From positions 1 through 54,717 of the forward strand of contig JAHLWZ010000507.1 of assembly GCA_020536535.1 (NCBI GenBank): a stretch of 54,717 nt of DNA. The letters run 5' to 3'. Positions within the stretch are counted from its first letter, which is position 1. Each line of letters starts with the position of its first letter. The notes under the pieces were generated by a model. That model worked only from the letters and a program-made list of their open reading frames with translations. It was not told the origin of the DNA and did not search any database. Of this stretch, positions 24,357-36,026 are shown piece after piece. A program made the translations under genes and the position numbers. Source of the DNA: Pelomyxa schiedti (Eukaryota > Protista > Evosea).

Positions 24357-27300
24357 ATGTCAGACCCACAATTGTCGTTTATGTTGCGAGGGTACTCGGC
24401 CTCGCCAATCGTAAACTTTCCGCAAAGCCCACAACTGCAACAGCAACCAACAGAAACAACAACCTCGTTGTTTCCCCCTCAACAGCAGCAGGCAACTACT
24501 GTCAATACCAGTGGTGTGCCTCAGTCTCCACCGACATCTCTTCGACACAATGTGCTGGACACGGCACTGTGGCCGGGCGATCCCACAATTCCACTCTCAC
24601 TGTGCGATGTGGTCGACGGGGAACTCACATCCGCCGCCGCCATCTCGTCACTCCCCATTCCCACAATCCCAATCCCACCACCGGCCCTCCCAACCACCGC
24701 CCCTCCCCCATTGACACCGTCACCCTCCCCCTCGTTCCAAAGCCCCACAACGCACCCACAGTCCCCCGCCCTTTGGACATCACCCACCCTCGCGCCCGAC
24801 AATTGTGGGACGTGGTATTCCCAACCACGTCCCAACTACGTCTGCTCAGTGAACAACGTCGGCTACCCTGGGGACGAGGACTCACTGAGGAGAATGACCC
24901 CTGAGGCCTTGTGGTTCTTGTATAAGGCCTTGCATAACCTTGGCTGCCAAAACGCACAAGCTCTGTTGACTCTTGATTCGTTGACCGACAGACCGGCACA
25001 CGGCCGGCCGTGCTCTCCCACAATGTACACTCCCAATTTGACAATGCCATCCGGAGGCAATGGCTTGTCTGATGGGGGGACTGCAATTTCGCCCGCGTCA
25101 CAAATGACTTCGGTTTTGTCACCGGTTGCAGACCCCAGCGATGGCGATAGATTTTTTGTGATAAAAAGATTGCTGCAGGAAGTGCCTGGTTTTCTAGATG
25201 TTATATCTCGCGACCGCTCTATTTTAGATCGTGCTGTTCAATGGAGAATAACAGATAAGGTAAACTTGCCAAATTAAATCATAAAGCTGAACGTTTTCAG
25301 AATGAAAATAGTCCCGATGGGCTGCAGCTTGCTGCAATAACTGGGGGCTGCTCACTTACTTCAATCAATGCCCTCTTTGATTTTTACGAAATTCAACAGC
25401 TCATTAGCCATCTCACACATAACCAAATTGCCCGATTGAGTCGTGGCATTCCACAAACAACATCAGCAAACCACCTTTGTCGGACTTACATGACCAACCT
25501 GCGAGAAACACTGATAGCAATTGATCAACGCACTCTAGAGTGCTGTCATAGTACTCTACTGAATATGCCACCTTCTGCACAAAGAAGCACTATGCTGAAG
25601 ATTATTCCTAGAATCCGACCAGAGGTATGTCTCCTTGTATTCTTTCTCCACTTACAAACTGCACAAGGCAATACCTCTCTTCTCGGAGATATTCAAGTTA
25701 CCACTCTCCGAGCTAGTCAACCTGAAAGACCTTATTTGCATGTTGAAACCTAATCAACTATCACAATTGTATTTGTTTTTGCAGGTAATGCCTCCTTTTT
25801 TACACCCTATTCTTTTGTAACAAAATCAGCTTGAAGTTGATATATCTTCTTTGTTGAAGACGCACATGGCACCAGAATACTCACATTCAGTCCCCAATGC
25901 AGAAACATTCACCCTACCCAATGCCACATCCATTCATTCCACTATGTCGTCGTCCCTGCCAAGTGACTTTTCTCTAGATGGGGGAAATTTTTTTGACGAC
26001 TTGATGTATGGAAACTTTGATCCACCTGTCAATTTCTCACTGCCCGACCTGCCTATGCCGCAATCACAGCAAACTCTACAAGTTCACTCTCAAATTCAAG
26101 GGAAAGCACATCTTCCCAACATCGACTCTCACCAAGTTGATGCACCAAGTCAAAATCGTCCACCGCAACAAAATTCACAACTTCAACAAGCATATCACAT
26201 TTCCTCTCAAGCTGCATTCGCCAAGCAAACATCTCCCGTTTCGTTTCCCCCAACCACTTTTTCTTCCCCTATACAACCTTATTCTTCACCACTTTCAAAT
26301 TTTCCCACCATATCATCCCTAGTGGCTGCACCACCAGCAATCCCATCTTTTGCACCCACCCCCATACAATCTACACCCCAAGAACTTCGACATATTTCAA
26401 CTACACCCATTGCGCCCTCACCAAGTACCACTGTAACTACCATCTCACCAGGACTATCTCCACTTTCACTTTCACCTCAATCCCCTTCTGAAGTTCAGGT
26501 TAAGCAAAGAAAGTACTCTGCGAAATCTGGTTTGCTCTCCTCTCTGGTAGATATGTCTTAAGCTTAATTGTGCAATTAGCTTCAAAGCCTTATTCACGGC
26601 AAACACCAACAAGAAGTCCCATGCCAAATTCCGACACCTCCAAAGAAGGCTCTCCACCTTCACTCCCACCAGTACCTCTTACATCGAGCCCAAATATGTC
26701 CACCCAACCCTCCCCCCTATCAGGGAAACTGTCTTTAAAACTATCAAGAGCACCACCGAACCAGACAGTTTATCAACGCATATTGCGACCACACCCTGCT
26801 GTGATGGTTGTTGGGCCAGCAGATTTATCAACAGATTACTTGTTCATAGCAGTAACATTGCGGCGATCTGACAACGATGAGGAGCTTCCAGCTTACCTCG
26901 AAGGAACCAAGTTTGTAATGGTAAGTGGACTTGCCTAATGCATGAGCGCTCACGTAATATACAAAAGATATCAAAAGGAGTATTTGCGGTATTCAACAAA
27001 CTTAAAATTTTATGCACAACTCAGCAACAGGGAGCACAATTTTATCTCCGATTCACTCTTTTCCAGTTTGTACTCGATGGTTAAGATAATGACTCATTTT
27101 CACACTTTAGTTACATAGGAGAAGTGTTCTTTCCTGTTCAGGGTGCCACAGCACGATCCGATCCAATCGAAGTATTCTCGCACACAGTCTATCTGCGTGA
27201 AAGAAAAGAAGGTTTTTTTTCCCCCGAAACTCTTTCCAAATAAGATTTATACCCTGCAGCCGGTGCGAAACCAGCTCCTCTTGTAGAGCAGTTGTTGCCA

Positions 27301-27637
27301 CCGTCTGGTCCTCCTGGAACCAGAGTTGTAATTCTGGGTAAGAATTTTGCCAAGGAACCGTCCCTGAGAGTGGCATTCCATGACACTGTAATCTTTCCGC
27401 AATTCCACGAAGAATGTATGTTGGGACCCTTCAACATGAAAACCGCATATATTCCCATAAAGCTTTACCTACAAAACAAACTTATACCGTACCAAAGGTA
27501 CATTGATATGCCAAGTACCGCATATCCCAGGCTATTGCCCAGGTGCACCAGTAACAGTCGCGGTGCGAGTGACCAATGACGGCATCAAGTTTAGTCAGGG
27601 CACAACAGCCACTTTCACATATTGCAACAACGATTGA
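24357..27637 (+). CDS. Putative transcription factor: low-complexity N-terminus, Ig-fold DNA-binding-like domain and IPT/TIG domain
   Basis: LKLSRAPPNQTVYQRILRPHPAV..FNKLKILCTTQQQG..YLRFTL..SDPIEVFSH, then IPT LLPPSGPPGTRVVILGKNF..VRVTNDG..FTY; stop TGA at 27635-27637. Confidence 0.7.
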
Positions 27638-27831
27638 GCTCAATCCCAATCGACAAATAACACTAGCCTAAAAAAATTGTTGTATCAAAAACATCTGTTT
27701 TTTTTTCCCCCTTTATGGCGTGTAACTTCTTTGTTTTTTTGGTCATTTAGATCGAACCCTGGTGAGTATGGCGTTTAGAGAAGAAAGACTAAGGAAGAAA
27801 GTTCCGCATGAGGGAATTACCTTTGGAATTG

Positions 27832-28788
27832 TCAGCTAGAACCAGTAGGCGGGGAAGCTGGGGTTTCCATGAGAATTGACAGCAGCTCCCTGTGTATGGT
27901 AGGGGCCGAAACTAGGACGCCGTAAGGAGGCTTCAAGAAGCACTCGTCCCCGTCCAAAGCGGTCACCACGGCGCCAGACTCGCGCGCTACGAGCGCGGCG
28001 GCGGCCGAGTCCCAGGGCTGCAGGGCCACCTCCCAGTACGCGTCCATGCGGCCCGCCGCGACGCTGCACATGCTGACGGCGGCCGACCCGATGTTGCGGA
28101 TGCCCTGGCAGCGCCCGATGAGCCGGCCAAAGTGCGCCGCGTTGGCCGCGATGACCCAGTCGCGGGGCGCGAAGCCGGTCACCAGCAGGCTGCCCAGGAG
28201 GTCCGCGGGCTCGGAGGCGCCGCCGCCGCGGCGGCAGGGGCGCCCGTTGAGCGTGGCGCCGCGCCCCGCCTGGGCCGCGAACAGCTCGTCGCGGGCCACG
28301 TCGTAGACCGCGCCCAGGACGGGGTTCTGCGGCCCGCGGGCGAACGCGATGCAGACGGCGAAGGTGGGGTAGCCGTGCGCGAAGTTGGTGGTGCCGTCGA
28401 GCGGGTCTATGTACCACACAGAGTCGGCGGCGGTTCCCTCGCTGCGCCCACTTTCTTCGGCCACAATCTATGTATGCGGGCCAGGTTGTGTGTGTCATGT
28501 GTCATGTGACCACATTAATGTCTTGACATTACAGATGAGAGACGCGTTTTCGTCGGCGATGCGTCCATTGGCGTAGTGAAGGGAGCTGTAGGAGCATACC
28601 GTGTGAGAGGGGAATTTAGCTTTGATGGCAGACGTTATGTAGGCCTCTGACAGCTTGTCTGTCTCGGTAACAAGGTCGATTCGGTTCTTGTGCTCTATGG
28701 CCTGACTGCGACCAATTCCCTGCCTCACAATCGCGCCGGCATTTAGTGCCACCTCTTTTAAAAAGTCCAGGCTCGGCTCTGCGTCCAT
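27832..28788 (-). CDS. Inositol monophosphatase (IMPase/SuhB family), 2 exons
   Basis: DLVTETD, AEES, WYIDPLDGTTNFAHG, RNIGSAA, WDSAA. Confidence 0.95.
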
Positions 28789-29179
28789 CACCAACGCGTA
28801 CTTCGAAGAAAAAACGAACAAATTTTAGATGGTTTTCGGAGAAATCTGCTTTTGACAAGTTGGATGAAAAAATTCCGAGTTCGGGGCCTACTCTATTTGG
28901 TTGAAGAAAAGATACAGACTGCCGAGCCTCGGCGCAGATAACGAAAATGAGCCGATCACAAATTGACAGAAATATTTTTGTCACTGGTTGCCGGACAGCT
29001 GCTAGACCACTGCGTGCGATAGGAACACGACCAAGTAGCATAAGGTCCAAGGGCGAAAGGTTCTTCTTCGTCACAACTCATTATTGGGTTAATCTAGAGA
29101 GTTCGTGACGTCCGAGCGACTGCATTTTGAACCAGGTCTAATCTATCGCCAGGTTGGGCGCCTCCTGTTGACCGGGACC

Positions 29180-31770
29180 ATGTCTATCCAGCTGACAAGC
29201 GGATGTCGGACAACCAGCCGTCAGAGGATGCGAATGATTGTGAACAGATTTTCACGGGAGAGAACTGTAAGTGGCAAAACAAAAACGGGCTTAGACTTCC
29301 TCTCGAAGCTGCCTCCAACAATTACTTTCCTCCCTCATTTCCATTCTAACTCTCTCGATTGTACTGCCATTGACACTCTCAGGAACACGAAATCTCGCAT
29401 ACTCCTAAAAACACCAATCGTTTCCTTTTTTTTTTCACCCAACACCCCCAGGGGTTTACGATGTCTGTGTTGACGCTGAAGCGTTTACCGACCATGTGGA
29501 TATTCGTACCAAAGGCGACAATGTAGTAGTGGATGGCCGAGACATCCCTGTCTGGGCTTGGTGTAAAGGAGGTCTTCCTGACTTCGCAGCGATAAGGAAA
29601 TTCGTCCCCCTGTGGGTACGCAGCTGGACGCGGGCTGATATCACACCAGTCGTTGTACTTCCTAACGTTCTATTGGCAAGCTCTAGTGAAGACAAGAAGT
29701 CTGAAAGTATGCACAATGCGCAGAAGCACGTGGAGGCATACTATTACATGACACACGGGCAGCCGTGTGATGGGTTGCGCCCATCTTCTGGCGTTTCTAG
29801 TTTTTTGCGTTGTAAACCACGCAATGCTTCATCCACTACTTCTACGGCCGCTTCCGCATCATCTTCTACAAGTTACCCAATGACTGCAGCCACTTGTGTT
29901 GTACCACCTGGGCAGAAAATACTCAAAGAAACTGCAGATATATGTGCACATTGTTCCTCTCAACACTTTATTGGGTGCATTCCCAGGAAACTCGTTGTGC
30001 CACACCCTGTGGCTTGGCAAGTGATATATGAAACCTTAAAAACCTGCAAAGTCAAGGTAAACCTTCCTGAGGGAATCAAGTAACTAAATACTGCATTGTA
30101 CTAAGATGTACAAGGCCACAACTAACGTTGGAAAAGGTACTTTTCTCTCACAGTAATTTGAGGAGAGAACTAGCTGGTCTCTGTGGGCACAATACTGCAG
30201 GCGTTGTTACCAGGGATTACAGATTACTGCTCTTCCCTGAGGTACCTGCTGTGCTCTTGGAGATACAGCACCACAGTAAGAAAGTGTCCTGCCGCTATGT
30301 GTCACAGTATGTACTCCTTTTTTCAAGGAATTTTCTCATAGCTACTCAGAGCATCAGTGTGCTCATATTACAGCCTTTGTTCCCGCCAAATGCCCCTTCT
30401 TGCTGCACTTAAGATTAAGAACACAGGTCTGACAAAAGCCGATTTTGAAACTGTACGATGTTGTTGCATTACAGAGGAGATTATTCCAGAGACCATGACT
30501 GATGTGAGTTCCCGAGTTGAGACTCTCAGTGTTTATGAGAAGTGGGATACGTTAGTATTTTCGGCTGTTAGACACAATGCTGTAATGCATTGTGGGGTGG
30601 ATGGAGCTTCGGCCAGGTCCGTTAACCTGAACGAGAAGTTCCCAAGAACAACTGGCTTGGGGATGCGATTTCTAAACCTGGCAGAAGAGCCCCCTGAAGT
30701 TGTTGTTGCCATTTTGCACCAAGTGTTCTGGCCCACGCCATCATTTGCCACACCCAGTACTGTTTTTCAACCAGGTCACCGTCTTGTAGGAACTATATTC
30801 CATGACTTGGAATATGGTACATACATACACAAGTTGGACATAAACAGTGTGGATACAACAAGTAAGGTCACTCATTTCTGCCAATGTACTCACAATAATC
30901 AGGTTTGATGATGAAACCCCAGCACCTTGTTGAAAACTGTCACACTGCAGCCTCTTTACACCCCAATGTGGAAGCTCTGGCTGCCGCACTCAATTCCCTG
31001 CCTAACGGCCGTGAGATTTATGCTGTCTATACACTTGTAAAGCTTCTCGCTGACGAGTTGTTGCCATGCGTTTCTCAGTGCCTTGTCGCTCAAGCTCTTC
31101 TTACTGAATGTTACTCTGCCGATTTCGCAGTTGTATTGTGCCCGCGGCACACTGAAGATATATGGAGGTTTCTTGACAACGTTACTGACCTCCAGGCCTA
31201 CAACTGGATGCAAGAAAAGGAATTGTTTTGTGCCTCAAAGATATTCAACGTAAGGACCATGAACCAGCTCCTCAATGTTGTTCACAACACCATGCAAGCA
31301 CCAGATAGTTACCACTTAGCCCTTTCCCAAGCCCAAGCCATTTTAGAAGGTAGGATCGACACAAGTGCCTTGGTAGAGCTGATCAAACTATCTCAATCGG
31401 CACCTATGCAACCACCTTTTCCCCTGCAATCAGATACCAGTTCCCCTACAACAAGGCAAAAGCGACCTGCACACCCTGTAGCAAAAGATAATGCTAAACA
31501 GGTTAGGGCAGATGAACACATAGCTAAAGAAGCTCTAGTCAAAAGGCTTATGTTAGGTATTATTATTAGTAGAGTCAAACACTTATCACATGTTTCTTAC
31601 TTTACTTTGTAGAGGCTGGTTATACATTCCCACCTGAAAGGAATAAGGGGAAAGTATTAAACTCTGACCTATGGGACTTCCTTACCCATACGTTGAAGGA
31701 TGAAATACAAGGAAGATTCACAAGGAATCAAATAATTGAAAGGATTCTCACACACTTTGACAAGGAATGA
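29180..31770 (+). CDS. FAM120/asteroid-like PIN (FEN-like) domain protein, probably catalytically degenerate
   Basis: VCVDAEAF, WCKGG..IRKFV..ADITPVVV, ELAGLCGHNTAGVVTRDYRLLLF, MPLLAAL, CLVAQAL and ILEGRI parallel the FAM120 motif order; multi-exon; start uncertain. Confidence 0.55.
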
Positions 31771-31864
31771 GCTTCAAGTCCAAATCCACAGCCCAAACAC
31801 AAAAAAGAGGATAAAAAGTATGAGGCAATAAAAATGTTGTTTTGTTTGTACCTTGTGTTGAGAT

Positions 31865-31989
31865 AAAAAACTATGCTAATGGTAAACAGCGATTCTTCCT
31901 TAGTACGATGTCAGGTGCCTGGAATCGAACCACGGTTCTCCTGTTCAGAGAACAGGCGCATTGCCACTATGCTACACAATCCACCGACA
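31865..31989 (-). ncRNA. tRNA-like Pol III transcript (tRNA pseudogene, SINE head or novel ncRNA)
   Basis: A box TAGCATAGTGG (31974-31964), B box GGTTCGATTCC (31931-31921), D stem GCAT/ATGC, anticodon-like stem CCTGT(T)/(A)ACAGG, T6 terminator at 31870-31865. The canonical acceptor stem has only 3 bp. Confidence 0.7.
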
Positions 31990-32034
31990 AGGCATGCGTT
32001 TGCATGCAACGGTTTTGTGTGGGGAGAATGACAA

Positions 32035-32110
32035 AAGGGAGGAGAAGAAAAAACAAAAAGAAGAAGAAAAAAGAAAAAAAGAAAAAAGAAAAAAATTAGT
32101 AAAAAAAATT
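32035..32110. repeat. Purine-rich (A/G) low-complexity tract
   Basis: gaagaaaaaa-type run. Confidence 0.7.
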
Positions 32111-32399
32111 AGTAGATACGACAGTGTTTTGTTGGCTTGGAATGGTACACTCTCTCCTGCATAAAAAGAACCCCCATTGCGGTTTCAGTGGGGGATGGCT
32201 ACTTGTTGGAAATGTGGACAATAGCTGTAGACGGAAGTACAGACGTAGACGTGCTTTGTGCGTGTAGAATACGGTGCCGGAACTACGACTGCAACAACAA
32301 AGAGATCTTGGTACTGCGTAAACCTAGCAGCGGTGGCAGTGTCGAGGGAGGATCTTCGGGGGCTGGTGTACGTACTGTAACTACTCCGATTACGGCGAT

Positions 32400-35300
32400 G
32401 AGCGATCTTACTGTTTCTGGTCCCCTATGCACGTATCCTTTTAGCATCCCAGAATAGATGGATTTTGTTGAAACGACCTGGGGTGCCCTTGTTGAAGTGC
32501 ATCAAATGGCCCATTTACTTTGTCATCCAGTGGTCTTCAAATTCGTGGGATGTTCTTTATCTGATTCTGGTACTATTTCACCACCAAGCGTTTCATGAGT
32601 AGTGGCATCATGGGATTGTTGACTCGATGGCCTCTTGTATCGATATGTCTGTTTGGCGCTTCTATTCTACTTCGGTTTAGGAGGCATTGTCTTTTGGTGA
32701 GTCTTTGTTACATAATTAGTGATAAGTACAGTGTGCACTAACCATTGGAAAAAACCTTTGAAGGTATGAGAAACTTCGTTTTGGAAAAGCACGCAGTGAT
32801 CTTGCACGAGCCATGTCTTATAAGGAGTGGGTGGTTGTTGCACAGAAATTGGATAGACTGCACAACAACGACACATGGCGTGAAATAAGCCCTCAATATG
32901 GTGCTGCTTTGATTTCGCACATCACTTCTTCTTTGTCCACAACTACCTTAAGGTAGTGTTTGGTGGGACAAGAGCGGTTATGTTAATAACATCATCCCCC
33001 AGAGAGCCCATACTGCCTACAATCAGCTCTAGCAGGGAGGAACATTTCTCTGACAACATCTTTGTTTCCCGGTACCTCAAGATGCTCAATACAGCCTGCA
33101 AAGTCAATGTTGGTGGTGTGCATTCAGAGCAGGTTTATGCAGCTTGCCATTATGGAACAAAGCAAAGCTATACAGGTATCCCGCATTTTATTTTCATTGA
33201 CTAATAAGGCTAATTATTGCACAAGTCGTTTATCGACCAAACAGCCCTGTCCATCAATGTTTATTTCCAAACCAACAGAAGGAATTATTCCACAACAAGT
33301 TCCGTTAGGGCGGTGGGCAGATAGACTTATCCCTTCATATGGAAGAACAGCACTGCCTTTTGGGAGGGGCAGCAATGGTTTTCTCTTCTCAGACTGGATT
33401 TTGTCTCTTTGCACTTGAAAGTGACAGGGGTTTCCTCACTTTGGTGTTATTTTGGCACTACTCGATGCAGGAATGTTACCTGATGTAATAGCCGGTAGTG
33501 GCAGCTTTTGCTTGTCATAACCGATTCTGAATTAAGAGAGTCTCTCACTGCACGCAACTTGGCTTCACATCTCAGATTCAATGATGAATCCTACAAAGTT
33601 TCTCCCACCCATCGCGATCTCAGCCAATTCATTTAGATAATCCTTGAGCGGATTTGGACCGAAGGGCACATGTGTAGTGAAACTAGGTGGGCAGCTGCAT
33701 TGCAGTTGTTTACCAAAGGAAATACGTTTGCTGAGGCCTATGCCCTCACAGGTTCGCCTCCAGCTCCATACTTCTTGGTGTAACCCCTTGGACTCAGGGC
33801 ACGTGTTGAACATTACCGTTGTTGGTGGTCACTGCGAACCTCATCTTCTCAATTACCTCACGGCCCCAAGTGTTGTATTATATATACCGCTATTCTTGCG
33901 TCTGCTGCAATGCCTCTTGCCTTCACAGGTTGTTTTTCTTACAACTTAGTAAGAAATTGTTTTCACCAACATGACTTTGGCAGCCAAATGGTGTGATGGA
34001 TGTATGAAAAATGACATCCCAAAAGATGCCTTGAGTCAGTTTTTTTAATGTCAAAGTTTGTACCCATCCTTTTTGAATTATTATTATTCATAAGGTGGCA
34101 AATTGGTGAATTATGGGAAATAACCCGAGCTGTTAACTTGATGTACGCTGCACTTTGGCGCTGGAGTTATCCAATGGTACCTTTTTTGTTTGTTTAATCT
34201 GTGATTTGAAGTGCAACTGTATTTTCACCAACTGACAAACTAAACCCAAAACAAAACTAGAGTATGTACTTGAGAGAGCGTGTTAGATGTGCAGAAAGAA
34301 ACGGTCATCTGGGGATTTATTTGTGGCTTTGGCGCGGACACGGACGTGGCAGTGGCAAGGTTGTTTTGCGTTCTGTGGAACTGAGATATGGGACATCGAT
34401 GGAATCTTTTTGTTCTCTTTGCTGTGGGTGCATACTCACTATCAATGTGATTGTTCCATGTGAGTCCACTAGAAATTCCCACCTCTAACTTTTTTTTCAG
34501 ACCTGGCTGGTGTGATTGTATTGTATACTTTGTACATTAATTCTCAGATGAACCTTATTAATTATGGAGAGCCAGGCTATATTTCTGTGGATGTAAAGGT
34601 AGAGTCATAGTAAATTGCTTATGACACTTAGTCTACACTCACTTTTCCACTGCACTTTCCATTTTGTGCATCCCGCTGGTTTTATTCCCTATCTGTTCTC
34701 TGGGGATGCTTATAATATCAGCCACTGGGTACCTAAGTTGGAGAGCTCAGCCGCTGATGCCCATTAACCCCAAGCGTATGTGGGCGCTCCCTCGTCTTCG
34801 GCACCAACTACATTGCAGCAATACACAAGCTTTGAGATTTGTCTGGAATTGTGCCACTCTGTGGAAATCAGCGTTTCTGGCTTCTAGCACTAATCCTTTT
34901 CTTATACCCCTCACCCCCCACCAGTTCTACCATTCCTACATGTAACCTCCCTTACCTCTATTATATTTACCAAACTTACTGGTAGTTGCGGCTTTGGCGC
35001 CTTTTTGTTCTTGCCAGCTATCTCGGACACTTCCTTCAGTTCCGAGGTTGACACCCACAACTTAAGTAAAACAAGTTCCTTGAAGACGTCTAATTTTTAC
35101 AAACATTTTTTGAAATGGCACTTGGTTCAGGGTACCCGAGATGGAGATGTTCTTATGGAATTCCAAACGGGAGATTTTTTTATTGCCAACAAACGCCACT
35201 TGCGTGGCTTGTTTTGGTACTGTACAACATGCTAATTTATTCACATTTAAACAAGAGCCAGTGCAAACAAGTGGTCACCACTTGGTACTTTGAGCGCCTT

Positions 35301-35717
35301 GTTGTATTCCCCACTTTCTCATGTTGTTATTGTTGGTGTGCATTGGTTTTAGATGGAGGTAACGTAAGGAGCAGGAAGAGAGACTACAGCTCGTGTGCCT
35401 TCCTTGTTGCCGCCAGCGCCGCTGCAGTAAGACGAGACGTGTCGGATCTGAAGAGGTCGCTCCGCCACGGCCGGGCAAGCAGGAGTAGCGTAGCATGTGA
35501 GCCGGCAGTTGGTCGCGGGAACGCTGCCAGTCTTCTCTACGTGCATGAACTCAACACGGGGATGAACGATCTCTGGTTGGATCTGCGATGCCATAGGGAA
35601 AATGTGGGGTCGGCCGGACACCATGTCAGAGTAGTCGTGTGGGCAGAACTCGGGTCCCAAGTATGTTGCAGTATACGCCACGTCGCTAGATGAACTGTCG
35701 CAGTAGTGTCGGAACAT
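32400..35717 (-). pseudogene. Intron-rich gene of unknown function, possibly decaying
   Basis: A-rich leader then MFRHYCDSSSS..; a chain of GT-AG-bounded open exons (DVFKELVLLKLW.., VWSWRRTCEG.., QRDKIQSEKRKPLL..), but in-frame stops (e.g. PKPK*NRSAK at 32667) prevent a full model. Confidence 0.35.
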
Positions 35718-36026
35718 GTTGCGGTTATTACTTGTGCTTGTTGTTTGTGTTTTGTTTTCTTTGTTTGTACAAAAAGGCCAAGATCTGGGCATAAAAAAGC
35801 AACCAGTGGAAATTCAAGAGAAAAAATGTTGCATTTCTCAACGAGGAACGGATTGGCCAATTGGGGTAGATTTGTCCCATGGAGATGCATTCTGAGGAAG
35901 GATATATTCTATCTACCCAGTGATCCTCACGTGTTCGTGCAGAGGGTGTTGTAGTTTTCCCCCTTTACCTTATCTCCAATCTGTTAGCAGATTTGATTAA
36001 TAAAACTAAAAGTTGGCGATACAGAC

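Noticed and set aside
29505-29560. GAPDH-like peptide DNVVVDGRDIPV
   Set aside because: No other GAPDH motifs; the context fits a PIN/FAM120-like domain.
31911-31981. Functional tRNA-Arg(TCT) or tRNA-Gln(CTG)
   Set aside because: The canonical acceptor stem has only 3 bp, U33 or the stem register is wrong, and the T stem has a mismatch; kept as a tRNA-like element instead.
32600-32700. Alternative genetic code (in-frame TAG/TGA here and at 41619-41624)
   Set aside because: All confidently modelled genes use TAA, TAG and TGA as true stops with no internal stops; decay or mis-modelled splicing is simpler.
35300-35717. Cys-rich transposase (KDZ/CxC-type) N-terminus
   Set aside because: No catalytic DDE/KDZ motifs, TIRs or TSDs found.
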